A DNA stretch of 64,000 bases, from positions 28,256 through 92,255 of the IMG/VR virus record IMGVR_UViG_3300027644_000004. One strand, given 5' to 3'. Numbering within the stretch: the first letter of the stretch is position 1; each line of letters begins with the position of its first letter. The notes under the pieces are model-generated. The model was not told the DNA's origin, did no database searches, and worked only from the letters and a program-made list of their open reading frames with translations. Below are positions 1 to 8,664 of the stretch, one piece after another. The stretch comes from a virus. Both the position numbers and the translations under genes were made by a program.

Positions 1-1
1 C

Positions 2-334
2 AACTCCTGTCACGGCGGATTTGGCCTGAGTCACGAGGCCCGTGTGTTGTATCTGAATCGTTCGCGTGTTGATTACACTGTCGAAGATAGAGAAAGTCGT
101 TTCAGCACCCAACAATTGGGTCCGCATATCTTGGTCGATGGTGAATCGTTTATTGATCGCCAAATTCCCCGTGATGATCCAGTATTGGTGTCAGTGGTGA
201 GCGAGCTGGGCGAAAGATCCTGGGGTAGACACGCAAAATTAAAAATAGTAGAAATTCCTGCCGCAGTCAAGTGGCAAATCGACGAATACGACGGTCGAGA
301 ATGGATTGCTGAAACTCACCGAACATGGAACTAA
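2..334 (+). CDS. conserved phage hypothetical protein, 5'-truncated by window edge
   Basis: Frame is open from nt 2 (NSCHGGFGLSHEARVLY...). The GGFGLS and 'RDDPxLV..V.ELG...LKIVEIP..V.W.I.EYDG.EW..E.HRTW' pattern is typical of a common phage family. Confidence 0.75.
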   Translation, partial: NSCHGGFGLSHEARVLYLNRSRVDYTVEDRESRFSTQQLGPHILVDGESFIDRQIPRDDPVLVSVVSELGERSWGRHAKLKIVEIPAAVKWQIDEYDGREWIAETHRTWN

Positions 335-353
335 AACGGATAAATATTACACT

Positions 354-1940
354 ATGTTTCTAAGTTTAATTACATTAGCAGTGGCCTTGAGCCTGTCGGT
401 CATTGCGGCCTGGTATTCAATTGCAGGTCTTGCGGCCATATTTGCCGCCGCTGTGGTGCCTATTATGATAATGGGCGGCATACTGGAACTGGCCAAAGTA
501 GTGGTCACACTGTGGTTGCACGAACATTGGTCACGCTGTCGTTGGCTAATGAAGTGTTACCTGGTGCCGGCAGTGTTTATGCTGATGGTTATTACTTCCA
601 TGGGTATCTTTGGATTTCTTTCAAAAGCACACATGGACCAGGATATGGTCACAGGCGATGTGCAGGCCAAGATTGCCATTTACGATGAAAAGATACGAGT
701 TGAAAAGGAAAACATAGATGTTAATCGCAAAGCACTCAAACAGATGGATGAGGCAGTGGATCAAGTTATGGGTCGCAGTCAGGACGAAAAGGGCGCAGAA
801 AAAGCCGTTACCATTCGAAGAGCCCAGCAGAAAGAACGTGCTCGCCTCCTTGCGGACATTGCAGAAGCTCAAAAGAAAATCACAGCACTCAATGAACAAC
901 GTGCGCCAATTGCCGCTGAAGTACGCAAAGTAGAAGCCGAAGTCGGTCCGATCAAATACATAGCCGCATTGATATATGATGACAGTCTCGACACAAATGT
1001 ACTGGAAAAAGCAGTGCGTTGGGTTATCATTGTGTTGGTCATAGTGTTTGATCCGTTGGCCATTATGATGTTGCTGGCCGCCACTGAAAGCCTAAGGTGG
1101 AACAGAGAAAAACAACAGGTTGCTCCGATACCAGTCACTGAAACGCCGGCCGCAGGACCAGAACCTGAGCCAGATGATGGGCCACTTAGTGATCAACAAG
1201 TTGAACAAATTAAAAAATCTGCTGTAGAATTTGGATTGCCCAATGGTGAGTTGAATGACAAGGACAATTTGTTCTTGCAAGCTCATGCAATCGACTGTTT
1301 CAAATGCGGAACCCAATTGGTACTTGCACCGGGCATTGGTCTTTTCTGTCCCAACAAAGAGTGTGACACAACAGACAATGTGCCAGCCGCAGAGACTACA
1401 GCAACAAGCATTGAATCAGCACAAGACACTGATAAACAAGAGATAGAGACAGCATTGCCCACGGGTGAACAAGAATTTGTAGCAGTAGATGATGATGAAC
1501 TAGATGGCATGGATGCAGCAACCAAGGCCGCGGCTCGACGCTGGAAAGATGCAAATCCTTCTCGCACTTTGAAATCCCAGCGAAGACTATACGATACAGG
1601 CCAGATTGATCAATTGCCCTGGATGACTCCAGATTACTACATACAACTGGTACCAGATAATTTGGCAGCACACGAAACTCAATCGGGATTTGGGGCAACT
1701 TTTCCCAAGGATCCAATCAAAGGCGATACTTATGTTCGTACAGATCGTTCGCCAAGTGTGTTGCATAAGTTCAACGGCCACAGCTGGATTGAAGTCAACA
1801 AAGACCTAAATACTCGTTATGCGTACAATGAAGCATATATTGATCATTTGATTGCTCAAATAGATTCCGGTGCGTATGATCCAGAATTGTTGAGCGAGGC
1901 AGAAAGAGATCAAATTGAACGCCGCTTGACTGGAAATTGA
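354..1940 (+). CDS. membrane-anchored coiled-coil protein with Zn-ribbon insert
   Basis: Several N-terminal TM helices, long coiled coil, a further TM (WVIIVLVIVFDPLAIMMLLAA), and CFKC...CPNKEC. Start moved to ATG 354, 7 nt after TAAATA (341-346). Confidence 0.7.
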   Translation: MFLSLITLAVALSLSVIAAWYSIAGLAAIFAAAVVPIMIMGGILELAKVVVTLWLHEHWSRCRWLMKCYLVPAVFMLMVITSMGIFGFLSKAHMDQDMVTGDVQAKIAIYDEKIRVEKENIDVNRKALKQMDEAVDQVMGRSQDEKGAEKAVTIRRAQQKERARLLADIAEAQKKITALNEQRAPIAAEVRKVEAEVGPIKYIAALIYDDSLDTNVLEKAVRWVIIVLVIVFDPLAIMMLLAATESLRWNREKQQVAPIPVTETPAAGPEPEPDDGPLSDQQVEQIKKSAVEFGLPNGELNDKDNLFLQAHAIDCFKCGTQLVLAPGIGLFCPNKECDTTDNVPAAETTATSIESAQDTDKQEIETALPTGEQEFVAVDDDELDGMDAATKAAARRWKDANPSRTLKSQRRLYDTGQIDQLPWMTPDYYIQLVPDNLAAHETQSGFGATFPKDPIKGDTYVRTDRSPSVLHKFNGHSWIEVNKDLNTRYAYNEAYIDHLIAQIDSGAYDPELLSEAERDQIERRLTGN

Positions 1941-1941
1941 T

Positions 1942-3135
1942 ATGACAACTAAGCCAACGCCTACACAATGTAATTTTTGCAACAAGCACAAGGATCAAGT
2001 TTTTAAACTAATTGTCGGGCACAATGTTGGTATCTGCAACGAGTGTGTGGACTTTTGTCATGGCCTGTTGATCAAAGAGCAGCCTAAAAAATCCACTGCA
2101 GATGCCACAGCAGATCCAAGAGAAATGCACCGATATCTAGACCAATACATTGTTGGCCAAGCCGCTGCCAAGATTGTTCTCAGTGTGGCCATTGTGAACC
2201 ACTACAAACGCATTACCAACACTGATGGCGAAATGCAAAAGGCCAATATTTTAATGACCGGTCCCACTGGCACAGGTAAAACTTTAATGGCCCGCACCAT
2301 AGCTCGATACCTGGATGTTCCGTTCGTGATTGCTGATGCAACTACCTTGACCGAAGCCGGGTATGTGGGCGACGATGTTGACAGTGTGATTGCCCGACTG
2401 TACCATGCCAGTGGCAACGATGTGGAACGCACACAACGTGGAATTGTGTTCCTAGACGAAATAGATAAAATTGCTCGTAAAAGCGAAAGTAGTACAGTGA
2501 CTCGAGATGTGTCAGGCGAAGGCGTACAACAAGCTCTGCTCAAACTGATTGAAGGCACAAAATGCAAGGTGCCAAATTCTAACACGAGAAAAACAGCCAG
2601 CAGCAGTGAAACAATTGATATTGACACTGCCAACATCTTGTTCATAGCTGGTGGCGCATTTGTTGGGCTGGATCAAGTGGTTAAAAAACGAACACAAGGA
2701 ACCTCTATTGGTTTTGGTGCCGCGTTCAACAAAGAAAAATTATCCGACGCAGTTACACCTGACGATCTGGTTCGCTATGGTATGATTCCTGAATTTGTTG
2801 GGCGATTTCCGTCGTTTATACAGTTGGAAGAACTGACTAAGAACCAACTGGTGACCATTCTAACCGAAGTAAAGAACAACCTGGTTGAACAATACAAATG
2901 GCTGTTTGAGCAAGACGGAGTAGCCCTGGACTTTGATCATGACAGTTTGGATCTAATTGCCGAACGCACATTTACCACCAAGACCGGCGCTCGTGGCCTA
3001 CACACCGAACTGGAACGAGTGCTACTGCCGCACATGTACAATTTGAAAGATTACCAATCACGCAACGTTTTAAAAATTGCCATTGATAAAACACAAGTTG
3101 TTAATCCTATCAAACTGGCACAACAAAATTCTTAA
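1942..3135 (+). CDS. clpX: ATP-dependent Clp protease ATPase subunit ClpX
   Basis: N-terminal C4 Zn domain (CNFC...ICNEC), Walker A GPTGTGKT, TEAGYVG, Walker B FLDEIDK, RDVSGEGVQQALLK, IGF loop, GARGL. Confidence 0.97.
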   Translation: MTTKPTPTQCNFCNKHKDQVFKLIVGHNVGICNECVDFCHGLLIKEQPKKSTADATADPREMHRYLDQYIVGQAAAKIVLSVAIVNHYKRITNTDGEMQKANILMTGPTGTGKTLMARTIARYLDVPFVIADATTLTEAGYVGDDVDSVIARLYHASGNDVERTQRGIVFLDEIDKIARKSESSTVTRDVSGEGVQQALLKLIEGTKCKVPNSNTRKTASSSETIDIDTANILFIAGGAFVGLDQVVKKRTQGTSIGFGAAFNKEKLSDAVTPDDLVRYGMIPEFVGRFPSFIQLEELTKNQLVTILTEVKNNLVEQYKWLFEQDGVALDFDHDSLDLIAERTFTTKTGARGLHTELERVLLPHMYNLKDYQSRNVLKIAIDKTQVVNPIKLAQQNS

Positions 3136-3138
3136 CAG

Positions 3139-3167
3139 TTGACACAGCGCCCTGCCTGTGTTAAACT
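3139..3167 (+). promoter_or_regulatory. sigma70-type promoter for groES, embedded in an inverted repeat
   Basis: TTGACA-N17-TAAACT; 3137-3147 can pair with 3156-3167. Confidence 0.6.
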
Positions 3168-3195
3168 ATTGTTTAATTCATTACAAGGAAAAACT

Positions 3196-3504
3196 ATGAA
3201 ACTAACTCCCATTCGCGACCGCATTGTTGTGCGTCTTATTGATGTGGAAACTACCACTGCCAGTGGTTTGATTATTCCAGATGCTGCTGCTGAAAAACCC
3301 AGCCAGGGCGATGTGTTGGCAGTGGGCACAGGGAAGATTGCAGAAGACGGCACAGTGGTGCCAATGGCAGTCAAGGTTGGTGATCGTATTTTGTTCAGTA
3401 AAACTGCTGTGCAAACGGTCAAAGTTGACAAGGAAGAATTCAACATGGTGTACGAAAGTGATGTTATGGCAGTTGTAAAAAACCCGTCAGATAACAATGC
3501 TTAA
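3196..3504 (+). CDS. groES: co-chaperonin GroES (host-like)
   Basis: [12 protein letters not shown]...[27 protein letters not shown]...[11 protein letters not shown]; AAGGA SD precedes ATG 3196. Confidence 0.95.
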   Translation: MKLTPIRDRIVVRLIDVETTTASGLIIPDAAAEKPSQGDVLAVGTGKIAEDGTVVPMAVKVGDRILFSKTAVQTVKVDKEEFNMVYESDVMAVVKNPSDNNA

Positions 3505-3575
3505 TAAATACGTGTGTGGATGCCGATAGTCGGGTCTACATGGTATAGTCAACTTGCTTAATAAGGAGAAAACAA
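3505..3575 (+). promoter_or_regulatory. late promoter plus two-hairpin structured 5' UTR (ROSE-like thermometer) of hsp20
   Basis: TAAATA 3505-3510. Hairpin TGTGGAT-G-CCGA-TAG-TCGG-GTCTACA 3515-3540. SD-sequestering hairpin CTT-G-CTT-AAT-AAGGAG 3553-3568 contains the ROSE UYGCU motif. Confidence 0.75.
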
Positions 3576-4043
3576 ATGACTAAAACTTTAACACTTCGCA
3601 GTTTCGATATTCCCACACTCAACAAATTTGGTATCGGTTTTGATAACATGTTTGATGAACTCATGCGTGTGAGTGCCCAACAAGGCAGCACCAACTACCC
3701 ACCTTACGATATTGTGCAAATCAACGATGATGAGTACATGATCAGCGTGGCTGTGGCTGGCTTTGGGCATGATAATCTTTCGGTTACCAAGGACAAAAAG
3801 TTCTTGATTATTGAAGGCAAACACAGCCGTGAAAATGTGGAAAATGAAGATAGCAGTGCAAAGTACCTGCACAAAGGTATCAGTGAGCGTAGTTTCCGCA
3901 GAGAATTCCAATTGGCAGATCACGTGGAAATCAGCAACGCACACCTTGAACTTGGCATCTTGAGTATTCACTTAAAACGTGAAATACCCGAGGAAGCCAA
4001 GCCAAAGGCCATTGCTATCACTTACACATCGGACTTGAAATAA
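3576..4043 (+). CDS. ibpA: small heat shock protein Hsp20/IbpA
   Basis: IGFD, NYPPYDI, AVAGF, YLHKGISERSFRREFQLADHVEI..A.L..GILSI.L and a C-terminal IxI motif. Confidence 0.95.
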   Translation: MTKTLTLRSFDIPTLNKFGIGFDNMFDELMRVSAQQGSTNYPPYDIVQINDDEYMISVAVAGFGHDNLSVTKDKKFLIIEGKHSRENVENEDSSAKYLHKGISERSFRREFQLADHVEISNAHLELGILSIHLKREIPEEAKPKAIAITYTSDLK

Positions 4044-4045
4044 TG

Positions 4046-4076
4046 TAAATACAATGGGGGCCAGTGGCTCCCATTT
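4046..4076 (+). promoter_or_regulatory. late promoter and leader hairpin upstream of clpS
   Basis: TAAATA 4046-4051 followed by the hairpin AATGGGGGCC-AGT-GGCTCCCATT. Confidence 0.55.
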
Positions 4077-4091
4077 ACCTAAGGATATAAT

Positions 4092-4403
4092 ATGTCATCA
4101 CAAGATACCAGCACAATAACAAGACCAAAAATAGAATTGAGCGAACCACCGTTGTTTAAAATAATCTATTTGAATGACAACAAAACATCTGTGGATTTTG
4201 TGATTGAGAGTTTGATTACACATTTTGAATACACAGCAGAAACCGCTGTGACCATTACAGAAGATATTCACAACACTGGATCTGCTGTGGTTGCAATCTT
4301 GCCTTATGAAATTGCTGAACAAAAGGGCATAGAGGTAACATTGGATGCTCGCAGTAACAATTATCCCCTGCAGATAAAACTTGAGCCGGAAACAGTAAAT
4401 TAA
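4092..4403 (+). CDS. clpS: N-end rule adaptor ClpS
   Basis: PPLFKIIYLNDNKTSVDFVI..L..F...A..I...IH..GSAVV...YEIAEQK...YPLQIKLE. Confidence 0.92.
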   Translation: MSSQDTSTITRPKIELSEPPLFKIIYLNDNKTSVDFVIESLITHFEYTAETAVTITEDIHNTGSAVVAILPYEIAEQKGIEVTLDARSNNYPLQIKLEPETVN

Positions 4404-5191
4404 AGATCGATCACAATGCGTCGAGGATGATAGGCTGGTATCCATTGGCTGGAATCCTCGACTCTTCCTCGGCAATTGTTCACATATCGAATGCGATCAA
4501 TGTTCTGATCTATTGATCCGTGATAGTGTCCAAAGCACCAGGTTTTAACTTTGTTTTCTGTGTCGGAGTCCAGGACCATCTGCATGAGTGAATTGCCCAT
4601 TACATTGAACTTGTAGGTAGAAGTGATGTCAATATCGTGGTCAACCAATACCGGGGTTGGCACGGTGTGTGTGACCAACACAATGGATTTAACATCAGGA
4701 TGAGTTTGAAGTTTTTTAATACTGTTTCTCAAATACGCAACGTCGTTGTAGGCCATGCTGTGTATGGCTGCTGCCACTGGCTGACCAACATCCATCATGT
4801 CGCAGTACCATAGTCTGCACTGTTCGTCACTGATGCTGGGATCAAAATCAAAAGTCCACCATCCATTGGTGCCAACAAATGCAACACCATCAACAATCAC
4901 ACAGTTGTCTTGTAAAAACACTACATTTTCAATGCCAGCAATGGCTTCTTCCAGTATGTTGTAACTGTCACTGAGTGAATCTAAACTGAATCTATGCTCG
5001 TTGTTGCCGTCTATATAAAATACCGCTCGGTAACACTGTGCCAGATGTTCCAAGGTTTCGCGTACAATTTCAACGTCTACGGAAATATCGCCGGCCACAA
5101 CGCATATTGGGCTAGTGGCCAGGCCGGTCCAATCAAAGGTGTCTTTGGCACCCAAATGTAGGTCTGAAATTAAATCGAATGTAACTTGCAT
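4400..5191 (-). CDS. calcineurin-like metallophosphoesterase
   Basis: SDLH, AGD, GNNEH, THTVP and FGHYH motifs; TAAATA 6 nt upstream of ATG. Confidence 0.88.
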   Translation of the reverse strand: MQVTFDLISDLHLGAKDTFDWTGLATSPICVVAGDISVDVEIVRETLEHLAQCYRAVFYIDGNNEHRFSLDSLSDSYNILEEAIAGIENVVFLQDNCVIVDGVAFVGTNGWWTFDFDPSISDEQCRLWYCDMMDVGQPVAAAIHSMAYNDVAYLRNSIKKLQTHPDVKSIVLVTHTVPTPVLVDHDIDITSTYKFNVMGNSLMQMVLDSDTENKVKTWCFGHYHGSIDQNIDRIRYVNNCRGRVEDSSQWIPAYHPRRIVIDL

Positions 5192-5217
5192 GATACATAT
5201 TTAAAAGGAAATGAACC

Positions 5218-5577
5218 GTGAACATTATTATTGACCCAGATCAAATTGATCGTTATAGAGAAAACTACACAGTGTTAGAACTGGACACTATTCGTATTGT
5301 ACCGCTGAACAAGTTGGTCACAGCCTACTGTGTTGTTGATACAATACCCATTGTTGAATTGCCGCTGACGCAAAGCAAAATCAATCTACATGCTAATCTG
5401 TTGATCAATTATCGTAAACGAGACTGGAACTATTGCCATCAAGCTCTGGATCATTTGATTGGCAGCTGGAACAAAGAACTAGACAGTTTCTATGAAGACA
5501 TTAGATCTCGAATTAATGCATACATGAAAAATGATCCCGGAGATCACTGGGACGGCGTGATTGAAAAACACGATTAA
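5218..5577 (+). CDS. hypothetical protein resembling the C-terminal tail of class III adenylate/guanylate cyclases
   Basis: 'YTVLELDTIRI...VTAY' and 'YRKRDW...FYE.I..RI...P..HWDGV' resemble cyclase C-terminal segments; the catalytic N-terminal Asp motifs are absent. Confidence 0.5.
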   Translation: MNIIIDPDQIDRYRENYTVLELDTIRIVPLNKLVTAYCVVDTIPIVELPLTQSKINLHANLLINYRKRDWNYCHQALDHLIGSWNKELDSFYEDIRSRINAYMKNDPGDHWDGVIEKHD

Positions 5578-6902
5578 TTCAACCTGTGACTTTTTAAATA
5601 TTGATTGTAGTAAGTTCTTGCTCGAATCAGCATGGCTTGACTGCGTCGTAGACAATCCGGAACTCTAATTTCTGCCATTCTGTTGCTGAATATTTTTTTG
5701 TTTGCTCTTAGTATGTTGTAGTATGCAATTCTCAAGTTGATAAAAGTTTTGCCAGTATTGGTATCTTCTAATTCGGTCAATCCAGATTTGAGATTGGTTT
5801 TTAATTCGTCCAACACCAATCCAAAAAAATCATCACTGAAAAAATGTTTTTTATTGTATTGGGTAATTTCTTTAATTTTTGCCCGGTTGGCCTCTTGCTC
5901 AGCAGGAGTCCATTGAACAATTTGTTTCATCGCTGCAACAATCAAATTCAATCTAGTCACAGGATCTTGTTCAGTATCATAACTTTCGTCGATAACGTCT
6001 GAGAACGTTTTAAATCCGTACTCACGCAGATATTGCAAACTCCCCGGAGTTGATGCCAACATAAAAGGATGTCCACATGCAATAGGCCTCAGTATTTTTT
6101 CTGTCAGTTGAATTTTTGTGTCGTCGAACAGTGTTTCCAATACTATTTCAATTTTGGTGTTGGCGTAATCTTCCATGCAAAAATCTGCGCTGGACCAGCC
6201 TGGAGCATCCGTAGCAGAGTATGTGTCTTGCAACGTATCTGTTTGTAGATTTGAATTTTTAAACACATGGTCAGTGTAATGGATTCCGGAATCAGGATCA
6301 ATGGCATTGAACGAAGTTTTGCAATCATCTATTAGATTATTTTTTTGCAATAAGTCTACAAATTTAATTCTATATTCTCTAGTTCCTGCCCAGGCGCGGT
6401 TATAAATCAGAAATTGTGTTTGAGTCGCAGCAGGCTTTATATCAATGTGTTTTACATAACGAAACCAGTCTAGTGCAATAACAGCATGTGCCCAATAGTA
6501 CACAGGAATAAAATGACTGTTTTTGTACATGTAAACATCCTGAGAACATTTTTCACTGTGCAATAACAAACATTTGTCGTAGATGTTCCAAGGATCTGTT
6601 CTTAGATTGTATTTGTTGGGCAGCACCAGTTCCTGGTTGTAGGAATTTTTGTGATAAACATGAGCCTTTGTGTGATTACTTTTTTGATAAAAATTATAAT
6701 CCAATGGTTCCTGATCATTACAAAAAATTTGAGGCAACAGCACACAGTCTGAATCAAGCAATGTTGGCATACTTAAAAGATCAAGATCCTCAATATTTTT
6801 TGAACCGTGAGGACTAAATCGATAAATTAATATGGGATTGTTGTGAACTTGCTCAGCAACATCTTGTATGTAATGATACAATCTATCTAAAGGAATACTC
6901 AT
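5574..6902 (-). CDS. glycosyltransferase-like protein (GT10/fucosyltransferase-like C-terminal motif)
   Basis: IEIVLET...LTEKILRPIACGHPF...L.YLREYGFKTFSDVIDESYD; paralog of 13844-15613. Confidence 0.6.
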   Translation of the reverse strand: MSIPLDRLYHYIQDVAEQVHNNPILIYRFSPHGSKNIEDLDLLSMPTLLDSDCVLLPQIFCNDQEPLDYNFYQKSNHTKAHVYHKNSYNQELVLPNKYNLRTDPWNIYDKCLLLHSEKCSQDVYMYKNSHFIPVYYWAHAVIALDWFRYVKHIDIKPAATQTQFLIYNRAWAGTREYRIKFVDLLQKNNLIDDCKTSFNAIDPDSGIHYTDHVFKNSNLQTDTLQDTYSATDAPGWSSADFCMEDYANTKIEIVLETLFDDTKIQLTEKILRPIACGHPFMLASTPGSLQYLREYGFKTFSDVIDESYDTEQDPVTRLNLIVAAMKQIVQWTPAEQEANRAKIKEITQYNKKHFFSDDFFGLVLDELKTNLKSGLTELEDTNTGKTFINLRIAYYNILRANKKIFSNRMAEIRVPDCLRRSQAMLIRARTYYNQYLKSHRLN

Positions 6903-6905
6903 AAT

Positions 6906-8150
6906 ATGAAAAACATAGGCTTTATTGGCATTGGGAAATTAGGCATGGACTGCGCCGAAGTCATGGCAGAAAAATTCACAGTCCGGGGTTACGATATTTA
7001 CCCAAGAACCAGTGACCTAGTAAAAGTTTGCAGCATCGAAGAAACCATAAATGAAAGTGAGTGGATTTTTGTTGCAGTACCTACTCCGCACACAGAAGGT
7101 TACGATGGTAGTTTACCATCAAGCCATTTGACACCACGAGATTTTGGACACGATGCAGTCAAAGACGCTATTACAAACATTAACAAATATGCCACGTCAC
7201 CCAAAAAAGTAGTGCTGATTTCAACTGTGCTGCCAGGCACCACCCGCAAGTACTTTGTGCCACTGCTGGACAAAAAGCACCAGTTTTTATACAACCCTTA
7301 TTTGATTGCCATGGGATCGGTCAAGTGGGACATGGTCAATCCTGAAATGATCATGATTGGCACCGAAGACGGCAATCCAAACGCATTGGCCGGCGAACTG
7401 GTAGAAATTTACAATCAGATCATGCAAAACAATCCACGCTACGAAATCGGTACCTGGGACGAGTGCGAAGCAATCAAGATCTTCTACAACACATTTATTT
7501 CAGCCAAGGTTGGATTGGCAAACATGATTCAAGACTTTGCCATAAAGATTGGCAACATCAATGTGGATGTGGTAACTAACGCACTGGCTCGCAGTACCAT
7601 GCGTATCATGGGTCCAAAATACATGACAGCCGGCATGGGCGATGCAGGTGCTTGCCATCCGCGTGACAACATTGCCTTGCGCTGGTTGGCACAAGAATAT
7701 GATCTCGGTTATGACATGTTTGACACCATCATGCATGCTCGCGAAATACAAGCAAAAAATCTTGCCAAGTTTTTAGTTGACGAAGCCAAGGCCCGTGGTG
7801 TAAGTGTGGTAATTCACGGCAAGGCCTACAAGCCCGATGTGCCCTACTGTATTGGATCGTACAGTACCTTGATTGGACACTACGTGAAAGAAGCAGGATT
7901 CAATGTTAGCTATCTTGATCCGCTGGCTGACGACCCAACAGAAGTGGTGTCTGAATTGACCGGTCCTTGTGTGTTATTGCTGGCACATAATAGACAGGTA
8001 ACGTATGGATATACCGGAAAAGACAATGTAGATAAATTCTATTGCGACATTCCCAAAGGCACTGTCATTGTTGATCCTTGGCGCACGTTGCCGGAGACCA
8101 TGCCAGACATTGAAGTAATACATTACGGAAACACAAGAAACAAAAAATGA
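6906..8150 (+). CDS. ugd: UDP-glucose/GDP-mannose dehydrogenase family
   Basis: GIGKLG Rossmann motif, AVPTP, STVLPGTT, YNP, EAIKIFYN (catalytic Lys), GACHPRD (catalytic Cys), GKAYKP. Confidence 0.92.
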   Translation: MKNIGFIGIGKLGMDCAEVMAEKFTVRGYDIYPRTSDLVKVCSIEETINESEWIFVAVPTPHTEGYDGSLPSSHLTPRDFGHDAVKDAITNINKYATSPKKVVLISTVLPGTTRKYFVPLLDKKHQFLYNPYLIAMGSVKWDMVNPEMIMIGTEDGNPNALAGELVEIYNQIMQNNPRYEIGTWDECEAIKIFYNTFISAKVGLANMIQDFAIKIGNINVDVVTNALARSTMRIMGPKYMTAGMGDAGACHPRDNIALRWLAQEYDLGYDMFDTIMHAREIQAKNLAKFLVDEAKARGVSVVIHGKAYKPDVPYCIGSYSTLIGHYVKEAGFNVSYLDPLADDPTEVVSELTGPCVLLLAHNRQVTYGYTGKDNVDKFYCDIPKGTVIVDPWRTLPETMPDIEVIHYGNTRNKK

Positions 8151-8662
8151 TACACAATCCGCGGAAATATCAATTATATAAATTCTGGGACGAAGAGTTT
8201 AAAACGCTGGACTATATCAACGAACCTTTCAACGATCCTGCTAGTGTAGAATTATGGCAAAGCCAAGGATACCAAAGTAAAATTTGTGGCGATCTATGTG
8301 ACATGCGACATCAACTACCAGGGTGGGCAACAAAGTTTATAGATATGTACCGAGCACAAGGATGGCAAGACATTGGATTGGCATTTTATCGCATGCCTAC
8401 AGGAACAGTGATGCCGGTACATAAAGATTTATACAAACGATACATTGAACTGTTTAATTTACAAGGCCGAGAACAGTCAATACATCGTGCTCTGGTACTG
8501 CTGGAAGATTGGCGGCCTGGGCACTATCTCGAAGTTGATGGTGTTCCTTATGTTGACTGGAAAGCCGGCCAAACAGTGGAATGGATCTACGATACACCGC
8601 ACATGGCAGCCAACATTGGTCTTGAAGACCGATACACCTTGCAAATTACAGGCCATTTTTAA
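8147..8662 (+). CDS. 2OG-Fe(II)/AspH-like oxygenase (cupin fold)
   Basis: MPVHKD (HxD), distal HMAAN, RYTLQITG. Confidence 0.7.
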   Translation: MIHNPRKYQLYKFWDEEFKTLDYINEPFNDPASVELWQSQGYQSKICGDLCDMRHQLPGWATKFIDMYRAQGWQDIGLAFYRMPTGTVMPVHKDLYKRYIELFNLQGREQSIHRALVLLEDWRPGHYLEVDGVPYVDWKAGQTVEWIYDTPHMAANIGLEDRYTLQITGHF

Positions 8663-8664
8663 AT

